In this document: positions 24,986 to 39,000 of the stretch, piece by piece | Numbering within the stretch: the first letter of the stretch is position 1 | Layout: each line of letters begins with the position of its first letter | Assembly (NCBI GenBank): GCA_002245135.1 | Contig: NGBS01000006.1 | Coordinates: forward strand, 62,001-119,637 | Length of the DNA: 57,637 nucleotides | From: Proteromonas lacertae | Lineage: Eukaryota | Direction: 5' to 3' | Position numbers and translations under genes: made by a program | The notes under the pieces: model-generated | Told to the model about the DNA's origin: nothing | What the model saw: the letters and a program-made list of their open reading frames with translations, nothing else | Databases searched by the model: none

Positions 24986-26842
24986 ATGAGTGACAGTATA
25001 TTTATATTGTATGTTAATACCTTTTTAGATAAACCACCACGTCGAAGCAAAAAGAATCAGTTTAAAACCCAAATATCATCAATTAAATCACCACCCACAT
25101 CAGATTATGATAGTGATCAACCTGGATACATATCTGGAGCGAGTTGTGATTGTGACAGTTCAGAAATCCCTGATGCACCTTGTGTTAGTTCTCCTACTGG
25201 TGAATTAAATTCAAGTCTGTATGGTTCAAAGAAAAAAGCTAAAAATCCATTTGACTATGCTAGAAAGCTAGTTTCTCGACACAAAAAGAGATATGAAGCA
25301 GATGGATATAATTTGGATTTAGCATATGTAACAGATAATATAATAGCAATGGGATTCCCATCTCTTAACTTTGAAAAGATCTACAGAAATCCTTACCCTC
25401 AAGTCTTCAAATTCCTCGAAGAGAAACATAAAGATCATTACAAAGTTTATAACCTATGTATAGAGAAAACTCGACAATATGATTACTCATTATTCCATAA
25501 TCGAGTATCCTGCTATCCTTTTTCCGATCACAATGCACCAACATTACAATTAATATACGATTTCTGTAAAGATATCGATGAATGGTTAAAACAAGACAAA
25601 GAAAACATCGCTGCTGTTCATTGCAAAGCTGGAAAAGGCAGAACAGGCGTTATGATCTGTTGCTATTTAATATACATTCATCAATTCATAGATCCTATTA
25701 AATGTATGACATTCTACGCTAGGAGACGTACAGAGGATGAACAAGGAGTAACAATACCATCACAAAGAAGGTTTGTAGTGTATTGGAGTGAGATATTGAG
25801 ACAATGGTTTCAAAATAAAGGTATAAAGATTGAAGGAAATAATATATTAGATGGTACGAGTGATTATGCAGATGAAGATAATGATGATGATGATGAAGAA
25901 GAAGATGATGATGAAGAAGATAATGAATTAAAAGAGAAAAAATCAGTAAAGAAGAAGAAAATGAAGAATAGAAATAGTAGTGTAGATTTAATATTTGATA
26001 ATAATAATAATATAGCATCTTCAGTTCATAGTGATAATGGTGGTAGTGGTGTAAAAGGGACTGAATATGCAGATGATGAAAATACAGATGATGATGATGA
26101 TGATGAAGAAGATGTAAATGAATTAATTGGTTCAATGCCTGCTTCTATTATTCCACCTTCTAGAAAGAATAGAAATATGAATAAATTCAAAACATATAAT
26201 GGAACGAGTAATATCAATAGTTTGAATAATAATAATAATAAACGAAGTATTCCACCATTATCACCACTTAAAGGATTGAATGATATAATAATAACAAATA
26301 AAAATACAATTATTGAACCTTCACCTATTATTTTTAACAGATATAATTGGAAGGTAAATTACGGTCAATTACCGTCAAATATACCATTACCTTTGACTAT
26401 GATAAGAGTAACAACAGGAAGTGATGAAGTGTTAGGATTTAAATGCACTAGTTTTACAGTAGAAAGTGAAAATAAGAAATATAGTAGTGAAGTATATATA
26501 TTATTTATAATTTAATAGTCATTTTGTTCATGTAAAGTTATCAATCGTCATTTTAGTACAACTGATACAGTAATTATGGATATTGTTGTAAATGGCGAAG
26601 CAAAAGTTGTTTTTTTCTACAAAACTGATTTTGTGTGTGGATTTTGGTTTCATTCTTCATTTATTACAGTATATATATATATATATATATACTTCAATAT
26701 CTAATTAATCTAATTTATATAGGATAACAAGCTTGTTTTGAAGAAAGATGAGATTGATGGACTTTGTAAGGATGATAAAAACAAGAAATGTCCAAAATCT
26801 ACACGTATTGAACTGTATTTTAATCACAAAAAGCCAAATTAA
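24986..26842 (+). CDS. PTEN: PTEN-family phosphoinositide phosphatase with C2 domain
   Basis: RKLVSRHKKRY..LDLAYVTDNIIAMGFP, PFSDHNAP, catalytic HCKAGKGRTG, GVTIPSQRRFV; C2 exons after 26518 (FWFHSSFI, LKKDEIDG). Confidence 0.92.
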
Positions 26843-26968
26843 ACCAATTTTATAATGTGGTTGAAATACATTTTTATCAATTTATATTTATTTAACAATT
26901 TTTCCTTACAGTATTAATTGTGTTTTATTCTTTAGTTTTAAATTTTTTAAAATTATATCCGTTTCAAA

Positions 26969-28712
26969 ATGAAGAAAAAAACATTATTTTATATTTCCTA
27001 TTGCCTACTCCTACTTATCATATTTATTGATATGGTAGGCACATCAATGATTGTTCCTATTTTACCTCGATACTCCAAACATTTTGGTTCATCAACATTT
27101 GAACATGGTGTTACGTTTTCATCCTATTCAATAGCTCAATTTCTTAGTTTATCGTTAATGGGTTATTTGAGCGATAAATTTGGAAGAAGACCTCTTCTGT
27201 TAGCTTCTTTATTTGGATCTACATTTGGACCAATATTCCAAGGTTTCTGTTGGAATACTTGGTCATTTATCGCCGGTAGATTCATCACAGGTGCTTTAGG
27301 AGGTAGTTCAACAATTGGATATGCGTATTTATTAATCTCAATTTTATTTTTTATATAGATGGGTAGCTGACTGTATTCCTCCCAAACAAAGACCAAAATA
27401 TCAGACTATAATGAGTGGAATGATATCTCTAGCATGGTGTATTGGTCCAGTATTTGGATCTTTACTAATCGAAGTAAGTTTATCATTTCCACTGTTTATG
27501 GCTGGAGCATTAGGAGGCATTGTATTTATATTAAGTATATTCTTCTTAAAAGAAGGATCAGAATTTGCAGAATTACTAAAAAATGAAGAAATTGAATTAG
27601 AAACACTTTCTCTTAACCAAATTAAAATTCAACAAAATGATAAAAAAAAATTATCCGTTGAATTAGATCCATTAGATCATCCAGTAAGTAGTGAAGATAG
27701 TGAAGAATTTGATGTAAATAAATTGATAGGTAAAACAGCTAGTATTCAATCACCACAATCACCATCATCTACTTCCCAGTTATTACAACAACAACAACAA
27801 CCATTAGATATTAAAACAATGGTAGATTTACCAACACCACCACCACCTGAACCAAACACAGTAATAATTAATGAAGAGGAAGTAAATGAAAGAGAAAGTC
27901 ATATATCAGTGATATCAGCAACAATAGTTGGTGCAACAGCAGTTGCTTATTCAGAAGCAGTAAGAGAAACAACAACAACTAATGATAATATAACAGTAGA
28001 TGAAACTACAAAATCATCAATTGAGAATAATAATAATAATAATAATAATAAGAACTCAAAGTTTTTGGTTGACAATTTCTACACAATATTCATATTATTG
28101 TTAATCATTTGTTTCTTATCAACTTTTCATATTAATTCTTTTGATGTTATATATCCATTAGATGCATCTGACAATTTCAATTTATCATCATTGGAATTAG
28201 GTTTTCTTTATATGGGAGTAGCTGCAATATTTGCATTATTTCAATTATATTTATTTGATAAATCCAGATATTATATGAGTATTATTAGTTTATATTATAT
28301 TTCAATTCCATCAATGAGTATATATTTATTTTTTTTTTCTTTTTTTATTTTTATAGCTATTGCCTGGATTATGTGTGCATTTGCAAAGGTTACTTGGTTG
28401 AGTATAATTGGTACTTTAATTCATGCATTTGGTGGTTCAATCTGCGCTTCTCTTCATACAGTAGTTACTTCATTACTGTGTAGACCAGAATATGGAGGAA
28501 AGTTCTTAGGTTATATGATGTCAGCTGAAGGTTTAGCGAGAATTGCAGCACCCCTTATGCTTCCTAGTATATATGATGTATGGAATCCTTTGGCATATTT
28601 AGTGACGATTGGTGTTGGGGTGATTGAGATGGTTATTATTTTTGTATTTGCATATGTCACTAGAGATGTGAAATTGTTGAGAAGAATTCGAAAGCAAGCA
28701 AAAAAGAATTAA
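26969..28712 (+). CDS. MFS transporter (TetA/DHA1-like), tandem paralogue 1
   Basis: Motif A GYLSDKFGRR, DMVGTSMIVPILP, 6+6 TM layout with long central loop; introns near 27326-27358 and 28318-28356. Confidence 0.88.
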
Positions 28713-28854
28713 ATGATTTATAATGTATGTTATATTTAGCTTATTTTATTTTAATATCTGGTTATTACATTCGTATTATGACTGACATCTATGTTTGTTA
28801 GGCATTTTACCTTACAACACAAAAATTGAACTTGAATCGACAATTTTCATTTTG

Positions 28855-30568
28855 ATGAATTGGAGGTTCATCGCATCTCTAGCAATAGTCTACGCCTCAG
28901 TTTTTATTGACGCGTTTGGTGTATCTATGATTGTACCAATATTACCAACGTTGCAAGAGTATTATCAAATGACAACTATGCAATATTCAATTACTTATGC
29001 TGCATATTGTACTGCTCAATTTTTCAGTATGATTATAATGGGTAAGCTCAGTGACATACTTGGCAGAAGAAAGTTGTTGATTACTTCACTCGTTGGTACC
29101 TCTTTAGGTATATTTCAAATATATAACATAAATACTATTTATAGGTACAATATTGCAAGGCTGTTGTTGGAGTACATGGACATTCGTTGGTGCTCGTTTT
29201 TTCACAGGCTTCATGGGTGGAAGTGCTACAGTAGGATTTGCTTATATATCTGATTGCATCCCACCAGAAAGGCGTCCAAAATATCAATCAGCAATGAGTG
29301 GAATGACTTGTATAGCATATTGCATGGGTCCAGTGTTTGGTACAATGTTAGTAGGCGTATCAGTGAAGTTGCCTTTCTTCTTAGGAGGAGCATTAGCTTC
29401 AATCATCTCTATATTTAGTTTTTGTTATGTTTTAGATGCTAAAGATTTAAAGAAGTTAGAAAAGCAAAATCAACAGGAAATAGAACTACAAACAACAAAC
29501 ACAAAAACTACAACAATTGTAAATAATAATAATAATAATAATCAACGAAATAATAATAATAATAATAGTGATGATGAAGATGATGATAATGATGATGATT
29601 TAGAAAAAATAGAAGATGAAGAAGATGACTTAGAAAAGAAAGGATTAATAACAAGAGTAGAATTACCTGCCAACAACAGAAGCAACAACAATAATAATGA
29701 TTTAACTCCCAGAATGACAGAAGAAGAATTAGATCAAAGAGAAAGTAGATTATCTCAATTAATAACTCAACATTTAGGTAATACATTTGCAGTAATTGAA
29801 TCTCATACAGTTGAAGAAGAAAAAAAGAAAAAAAGAATAAAACATGGAAAGAAAAAAGGATATTCTGTAATAAGTGAAACGGATAATTTATTGGAACTCC
29901 AAGAACAAGAAGCTGCAGTTACTCCAAGAGAAGAGAAGAAAATGAGTAAATTTATAGTTCCGAATTTTTACAAAATATTTATTCCACTTTTCTTTATCTC
30001 TGTATTGAATGGATATCATATTAATTCCTTTGATGTTTTATATCCATTGATATTAAGAGATGTTTATCATGTTAAAACATCTTATACTGGATTCTTATAT
30101 ACTTTATGTGCTGGTATATTTGCAGTAGTTCAAATATATTTATTTGATCATATTAGACATTGTTTTAGTATTATTCAGTTGTATTATATTGGAGTTTCAT
30201 TTATGATATTATCATGGGTACTTCAAGCTTTTACTAATAATGTTTGGGTTACTGTTTTTGCTGGTGCTTGGCATTCTTTTGGTGGTGCACCACCTCAAGC
30301 ACTTCAAACCATCATCACTTCATTGTTATGCAAACCTGAGTTTGGTGGTGTTTATATTGGATATATTATGGCTGCAGATGGTTTGGCTAGGATTATTTGT
30401 CCAATGTCTATACCCACCATTTATGATTTAGGAACATCTGTTCCATTTCATACAACCAATATATTAGGAGCTATTGAGATTATTTTACTTATGTACATGC
30501 ATTATCAGACTAGAAATATTCAAATGTTTAGAAGAGTTAGAAAAGAAAAGACTAATGAAAATGCATAA
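28855..30568 (+). CDS. MFS transporter (TetA/DHA1-like), tandem paralogue 2
   Basis: GKLSDILGRR, AYISDCIPPERRPKY, HINSFDVLYP shared with paralogue 1; one intron near 29108-29144. Confidence 0.88.
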
Positions 30569-30671
30569 TTAAATTAGAATATATAAATTACATTTCTGTT
30601 TATTAATATAAATGAATATTTTCTTTTTAACAAATAAATAATAATAATAATATAATGAAAATAATAACAAG

Positions 30672-31257
30672 TTACTTATAATCACTTGGTAAAGTAGAAT
30701 TACCTCCAACAATCTCATAATGATTTATTAATCCAGCATGAGGCATTATATCATATAACAAAGTTAATCTGACATTAGCTCCTCTTAAATCTCTAAATCT
30801 ATCTTGTAAATTGTATTTCATCTCTTGTTTCGTTTTGTGTAGAAGTGCATCTTCCTTTTTCTTTATAATTGAATCCCAGATTGTTATGCTGGAATGGACT
30901 TTGGATGTCTCAAAATCAGCAACTACACAACAAAATAGTTGTTTAACATTCCAATTCCATAATGATCTTAAATCTATATTATCATATATAAATATGTTTA
31001 ATATTACCAGCATCTAAATCAAAGCTGAACACTGCTCTATCACCATATGGACCAGAACGGCTAGAATAAAGAAGAAATTAATACAGAGCATAAACAGTAT
31101 TTATATCTAATTGCTTTAACTCAGGTACACCATGATGAAACCATGTTCTATTCAATAATATATAAAAATACGATATTTCTGCAAAAATGCAAAGCACTAG
31201 AAGATTTATAACTCCCCAATATGTAACAGAGTTAAACCTAACCCAAAGACTATACAT
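30672..31257 (-). CDS. SPCS3: Signal peptidase complex subunit 3 (SPC22/23)
   Basis: MYSLWVRFNSV start at 31257; DLRSLWNWNVKQLF, IWDSII, KYNLQD..LRG. Confidence 0.88.
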
Positions 31258-31508
31258 ATATCACAAAAAAAAGAAAATCAAAATGTCTGGCTTGGTTGAG
31301 TTTGATTGTGATTTTCTTAAGATATATACTACAAAATAAGATGCAAATGGTGTTACTTTGCATTTAATGCAGTCTTTTAAACATATATTCAATGAAATTT
31401 ATTCCCTCAATATTCCTTCAAATTTACACACATGATTATAAACATAAAATAATTATAACTAATAGATAAAAGTAACTAAACTCTTAACATAAGAATTATC
31501 ATATTTCT

Positions 31509-31730
31509 TCATTCTGATTTTTCTTTATCTACATTATTTTCTTTGTCATTATGCATTCTTGTATAATCAACAGTTTGTTTTGGATTCCATATAAATTTAT
31601 ACCAAAGTTTTTTCACAACCCATAATATAACAACAAATAGTATAATCTCTATTTCTACAGGCATAACCACTTTCAATTCCCTATAATTATCAGTACATAA
31701 ATTATACTCTTCACCAACTTCATAATTCAT
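31509..31730 (-). CDS. Small single-pass membrane protein, hypothetical
   Basis: 73-aa ORF with one hydrophobic segment filling an intergenic gap; no family recognised. Confidence 0.4.
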   Translation of the reverse strand: MNYEVGEEYNLCTDNYRELKVVMPVEIEIILFVVILWVVKKLWYKFIWNPKQTVDYTRMHNDKENNVDKEKSE

Positions 31731-31805
31731 GAGAAAAACGATAATACACCTTATACAGTTAATACATTATCAGTATTGTATTTAGATTTTTTATTCATTT
31801 ATACA

Positions 31806-32365
31806 ATGCCCCTTCCTGTAAGAATAAAAAAAGTATGAAAATTAATTTTACATATAATAGGAGACAGAAAAATTACAAAAAGATCCAAGTATACTTTATC
31901 TACACTATTATTTTAGTTCCAGGAGTTATTGCTACTCCAGATCCATCTAATCCTCGTTATTTTAAAGCAATTATTGATGGTCCGAAAGATAGTCCATTTG
32001 AAGGTATATTACTGTATTTTATAAATTAGGTGGAAAATTCCGCTTAGAACTATTTTTACCAGCAGATTATCCAATGGTGCCTCCAAAAGTTAGATTTACA
32101 ACAAAAGTGTTTCATCCAAATATTGATGGAATTGGACGAATTTGCTTAGATTTACTGAAAGATAATTGGACACCAGCATTACAAATAGGTAAAATACTTC
32201 AGACTATTCAAGTATAATACTATATTATAAATTTGTATATAGTTGTTATTGGCAAATCCTAACGTTGAAGATTTCTTAGGGTCAACAGCTGGAGATGCAT
32301 ATCAGAAAGACCGTAGAGCTGCAGAAGCAAAATCTAGAGAATGGACTAAGTTATATGCTCATTAA
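31806..32365 (+). CDS. UBC13: Ubiquitin-conjugating enzyme E2, Ubc13/UBE2N-like, 4 introns
   Basis: Spliced: [83 protein letters not shown]. Confidence 0.85.
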
Positions 32366-32463
32366 AACATTTATTGATTGTATTCTATTTAATTCGATAT
32401 TTTGGGTGTTAATTTAGAGTATACCATTAATATTTCTATTTCTTATAACTGCATTTGTTTATC

Positions 32464-35400
32464 TAGGCTTGGATTCTGTTTGCCAGAAACGATCCTTTTT
32501 TCTTTATTCTAGTTTTATACTTATGGAACAACTGTTTTATCAATTAAGATCTATCAGTGACTTAATCAAGTTACAAACCATCGATATGGAGAAAATCAAA
32601 AGTACTTTATTTGTTGTTTAAATCTTCTTCAGTATTATCAAACGAAATAAGAGCAATCGAGAAGAATGAGACTCTGTCTCTATCAAATGCTGAGATTTTA
32701 CATACAATATCAATAGAGCTTTACAATTTAGTTCGAAGTGAAATGCAAAAGTGTAATACACTGAATCGAATGAACTTTCTGATTGAATGTCGAATACTAT
32801 CCTGTGAAATGTTGAATACAAGCACAAAATTCAATTCAATGAAGAGTTTAAGAAATGAAGTGATTAAAGCTTACTGTCGAAGTGGTATATCAATATTGAG
32901 AATAAACAATGTCAATATACGAGGAATATCATGCTATGAGCGAGTATTGGAGATATTAGAAGAAAATGGTGGAATTGAGAGTATAATAACTGAAAAGAAT
33001 GAAGATATGGAAATATGTTTAGAATCAATATATGAGATGTTAGTCAGTTATATCGACTATATATCACGAGAAGAAAAGAATAATAAAGACAAACTGATAA
33101 ACAATATAAAACTGATAAATACAATAATTTCCTATTTAAATGATAATAAGAATGAAGAAATATACAATTTAATGTATTTATTAATATTGTTTATTATATA
33201 TAGATTTGGAATCTTAAAAGAATATCACAAAATGAATCGATATAATGATGTGATAGAAATAGGTGAGATATTTTATTCAATGATAAGTAATAATTGTGAT
33301 GATAATAAGAATATGAAAGTATTATTGCTATTAAGTGATTGTTATATAATGAACAAAGATAAGAAAGCATTAAACTGTTTATATTTGTGTGAATATGAAA
33401 AATATGGAATTGGTATATATTTGATGATAAAATATATATGTTTTACTAAAACTATATCATTTTTATATATTTTTATTTATATTTTCTTTAATTTATATTA
33501 TTTTTACAAAACCGATGAAATAGTGAAATTAATGGAAATGTTATTGAATCATAATAGTAAAGAATATTCATTATGTTTAGATGCTTGTCATATGATATTA
33601 AATAATAATATAATATCTAAAGACAATAATGAATTATATTGGTATAATGAATTAAAAGAACATTTTATTGATCATTGTGTTGATATTAATTTAGAAATAT
33701 TGGAAATACTTTTATCTAAAAATCCAATTCCATTAGATGTAATGGAAATATTGAATGAATTTAAATCAAGTATTTTTATATCTATATATTGTTTATTGAT
33801 TATTATTAAATAGATATTAATTCATTATCAGAATGTCAATTATCTTCAATATATAATCTATTATACAACACTTGTATATTGTATTATGAAAATAAACAAT
33901 ATAATGAATCAATAAATGTATATATATATATAAATAAATATATAAATATATAATAGTGGTGTAATGAGTTATTGCATTTATTGAATAATAATAATAACAG
34001 TTATATTCCCTCCATATTAAGAATGTTATCTGATTGTTACAATGAAACACATAATGTGAATGAAGCCATTAATAAAGCCAAAGAATGTATAAAGATAGAC
34101 AATACAATCAAAGTATAATGATTATTATATAATATAAATAGTCTCATTTCTTATTATATCATATATATATAAACAATAATATTGATAGAATAAATATAAA
34201 TGAAATGAAAGAATGTTTGAACAATTTAATGAATGCAAAAGATTATGATGTAAAATATTTATATTTATGTTGTGAAGAAGCCATTAAAAATAATAATATA
34301 TCAATCTCCATAGAATCCTTAGAAAGACTGTTATATTTACATAATAATATAAAGATTGGTCCAATACTTCGATGTTTAATAGAATTATATAATAATAACC
34401 ATATAAATGATGATAATAAGATATTACAATACTTTTCAAATGGATTAATGAAATTAGATAATATAAAAATAAAGAAAGAAGAAGAAGAAGAATATAATGA
34501 AAAGATAGAGAATGAGATAAAATCAATATTTGGAAATATGGAAGAGATTAATTGGATAGTTGGAATATTATGGAATAAAGGGTTATTATTGAAAGAAAAA
34601 GAGAATTATAAAATGAGTCATAAATACTTGAAATTATGTTATGAATATAGTTGTTATTTACCTCCTTCAAATATACTATTATCCTTAAAGAAATCTTCCT
34701 TATTATTATCCTCAAGCCTATTATTTGAGACAATAAATAAGAACGAAGAAAAGAAAGAAGAAGAAGAAGAAGAATATAAAGAAGTATTAAGAGAAATTGA
34801 AATATGTAAAAGATTATGTTTGAAATTAAAGAAACACTTTGAGAATAATAAAAATGATAATTTGATAGTATTTGGTAGAAAAGAGAATATTTGCACAATA
34901 AATGAGAATATGTTAATATTAAATACAATCGAAATGGAATGTAATTTATATTTACATAATAATGATAATATTGAAGAGTTATTCAATGAATATATTGAAT
35001 CAAGTACAATAATAATAAACCCAGAAATATTAGAATATATCTCTGAAATAGCTAAAAATACCAATTCCAAACCAATAATATATAAAGTATATAAATATAT
35101 ATTATTATACATATTATTATTATTATTATTATTATTATATAGAAATGCTTATCGTTATGTTTACAATATTTATATCAACAGAATCCAATAGATATAAAGT
35201 GTTTAAGTAGAATCTTAAGAAAATTATTATTACAAAGTGAAAACAAAGAAGAATTATACAAATGGCTTGAAGAAATCAATCAAATATGTGAAAATATAAA
35301 AGATGATGATTTTGATAATAGTGATTATGATTTTTATACGAGTATTAGTTGGAACAATGGAATAAAATATTTGAGATTAAAAGAGATAGAAAAGAGTGAG

Positions 35401-36014
35401 AAATTATTGAGTTTATCATTGAAATTCTTAGTAAAATCTAAAGGACTACAAGTATATATTGTAATGTATATATATCGTATAGGCTTACAGTAATGAAATG
35501 AATGAGATCTACAGTAGAGTTCTAAGTGAAAGAGAAGATTGTTGTTTACAACAACTGACTGAGATATGAATGATAATTAAAATCCTTATTATTGATATAT
35601 TGATATAGATATTGTTTTGTTTTTTGTTGTTATTTATTTCCATAAGAGAAAGAAGAGAGATTGTTGTTGATTAAAGAAAGAAGATGGATAAAATATTTCA
35701 GAATATCATATTTCAGTTGCAGATAAGAGTGAAATGTTCATTTTTGAGTTTTAGTTGTTTTTAATGAAATTCTTTCTTTGAATGAAACGACTATAATAAC
35801 GAAAAACTCAGTTTTGTTTTTTAGGATTTTTAGAATGAAATTCTCAATTCTGTGTATGATTTGTATGATATGATGAATAGTCCTTGTGCTGATCTGTAGT
35901 ATTGTTGGTGTTAGTGAAGCAGGCAGACACTTCTTCACGAATGGAAGCATTTCTGAAAGAAAGAATAGTTCAAGAAGATTAAGTGATGTCGAATTAACAA
36001 AAATATCATTTGGA
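32464..36014 (+). repeat. Left arm of a near-identical ~3.55 kb inverted duplication
   Basis: Reverse complement of 45385-48933. Paired ORF coordinates sum to 81397 or 81399, and the translations are identical except for isolated residues. Confidence 0.95.
32523..35569 (+). CDS. TEX11: TPR protein, ZIP4/SPO22/TEX11-like (meiotic crossover factor), copy 1, multi-exon
   Basis: ATG 32523, 31-nt intron 32602-32632; helical repeats; EINWIVGILWNKG and C-terminal SISWNNGIKYLRLKEIEKSEKLLSLSLKF resemble the TEX11/ZIP4 W..AWNxG repeats. Confidence 0.6.
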
Positions 36015-39000
36015 ACTAGTACTGATGGATATTATAATATAAAAGCCAGTTATTTATGTTCTTATGATAATATAGGTATAATCGACAGAACTAACTGTAA
36101 ATTTTGTAAATTTGTATATACATATAAAGGAACATATGATAGAACTAATCAAGAATATAAATTCAGTGATATTGTTCTTGATGAAGAAAAATCGTTATTC
36201 TATTTAGATTCTTCTATCGTAGCTGATTTACCGGAAAAAGAATACAAATACAGTGAACTGAAAACATCTACTGCAGCTGTACAATATGTGGAGAGTAAAA
36301 AATTACCTTTACCAGATTATGTTCATATACCCAGTGGAGAATTGATGTTGGAAGGAGACATTCGTGCACCATATTTTCAGACTTGTATATTATATCTAAA
36401 TTATGAATATAACAATTATAGTGAATAATGAAGATGTGATGTATAGAATAGAAAATAGTCATTACAAAACATATAATGCAAAAATGGATAAAATGTATGG
36501 TTATAGAAAAGATACAAGACAATATTATGAGAGATATGGTTTAGACAATAACATAACAATAATTGAAGTTCATGCAATGAACATGGAAAGAACAATATTA
36601 TATGTTGCAAATAAGAATGAGTATGTCGATATGATTGAGGAATTTAAAATAGTTCAAAATGGTGATGAAGTAGAATCTGAAAGTGGATCACCTTTATATT
36701 GTTATACAGAAGAATGTGATTATGTTAGTTCACTAGTTGATGGTTGGGTTCAGTTCTATATTCGTACAACTTTGTCATTTAAAACAATGCCAAAAGAAGA
36801 TGTAAGAAAAAACATTGATGCAGATATGAAAGCTATAAGAAAAGAGATTAGAAATTATTATAGAAGTAAAATTAGTAATACAAGAGAATTGAATAATTAT
36901 GAAAGAGATTTAGCTGATGATATTGGTTATTATTATGAAGAAAAAGGTGAAAGTAATGATATTTATAACGCATATATAATATATACAAATCAACTTACAA
37001 TATCAACGTATGAAATAGATGGTAGAGATAATGCAAATAATTCAATAAAAGGTATAATAAAAACCAAATATACAATTCCTGATAATAAGATTATAAATCC
37101 TCAGAATGATTATGATTCCACTTCTACTGCTGAATTAGCAGATTATGAGAGTTGTAAAACACCAACTCTTTTATCGTATATATGTATATTATATTAAATT
37201 TTAGTAATGTTGAATCAGTATGTGGAGTAGATGCACAAAGTACTACTAATAGTTATATATATTCACTTCCTATTACTATTCAAATATTGGAAAATAGTAT
37301 GATATTTACTGATGGTAGTAATACAAAAGAAGTAGAATTAAAAGAGAAGAGTATAAATATATGTTTATATAAATAGATGCAGATGATCTTAGAATGATAT
37401 TTGAGAAATTTTCAGTGAATACAATTCCAATACCATCTGAAAAATGTTATAATGGTAATATTATTGATATAAAACATAGTTTGGATATTAATATTACTTC
37501 AATAGATAATGAGTTATACTCATTTGTTAAAGCATTTGAAGATGGAAGTTATGGTTTTGGTATATCAACATCATCTATTTCTAGCAAAGATAAATATTCA
37601 GTATCTGAATCTAGGTATTTTAAATTCGATTATTATTCATTAACTACAGAGGATTTAAGCATTATTAATAAGGGCTATTCATATTTTACTTTCTACCATT
37701 CTCTTGTAGATGGTTTAGTTGATCTAATAGATTGTAAAAGTAATAATGATATTCAAATTCAAAAAGCATTAAATAATTACAATGAAAATGCATATTATAT
37801 TGATAGAATATTTAATAAGCAATTACCAGGAGGAAGTGATAATCCAAATGATGATGATGATAATAATGGTAATGATGATAATAATGATGATAAAACAACC
37901 ACAATAACAACCACAAAATTATTTATTCCTCCTCCAGTGTTACTATCATGTAAATTGAGTGATGAAGGATATATATTGATAATAGAATTTGATAAGAAAT
38001 GTTTAATGAATGGAATAGAAGTAAATAGTATATTTACTTGGAGTGATCCTCCATTTATAACATTTGATTCTTCAACAAGAATTGATATATTATTCTACAA
38101 ATGGATAAATGATGAAACACTATATGCTTATTATAATTCTACAACTGAAAGTATATCAGATTCTCCAAAAATGACACTTACAGAAGGATATATATATTCT
38201 GATTTAGATAGTATTTATTCAGCTAATGGTAGTTTAGCAATTACAACCAGACCTAAAGTTCCTAAAATATTGAATGGTGAATTTATTGATGAAAATATAA
38301 TTGAAATTAATTTTGACATAGAAATCAAAGAAGGAATTAGTATAAGTGGAAGAAAATGTAATGAAATTTTTAGTGATGAAACATTTGGTCCTTCATCAAT
38401 GTGTTATTTATCATCATCGTTGAAAACAATAACAATGAAAATGTCCAATCCAATTACAATATTTCCAAATAATAATTTGACATTAATTCCAAATATACTA
38501 AAAAGCAGTAAAAAGCATATGGAAGGAAGTAAAGGAACTATAAATCTGTCATTATCAGAATCATTTGAAACAGAATTAGAAGCAATAATCTCAATTCCTT
38601 CAATTGTTTCATATTGTTATGATTTTATAATGGATGGAAGTAGAAGTAGAGGTTCAAGTAGACCATTGATCTATCACTGGAGTTCTTCAAATGAAACATT
38701 AAATAATACAATATCCTCTTTAAATGAAGCAATGATAATAATTCCAAAATATTTATTAGAAGGTGGACATTATTATGATGTAAAATTAGAAATCGAAAGT
38801 TCATTTGATCATAGCAATGAATCAAGTAATATAACATTTTTTGTTGATTCAAATTTTGTATTAAATGTGAATATAGAAGGAGATAATAATCATTCAATAT
38901 ATACAAGTCAAAGTGAATATATTCGTGGAAGAGTCTCAGTATATCAATGTAACAAAAGTATTGAAATTCCATCAATTGAATATGATTGGTCATTAAAACA

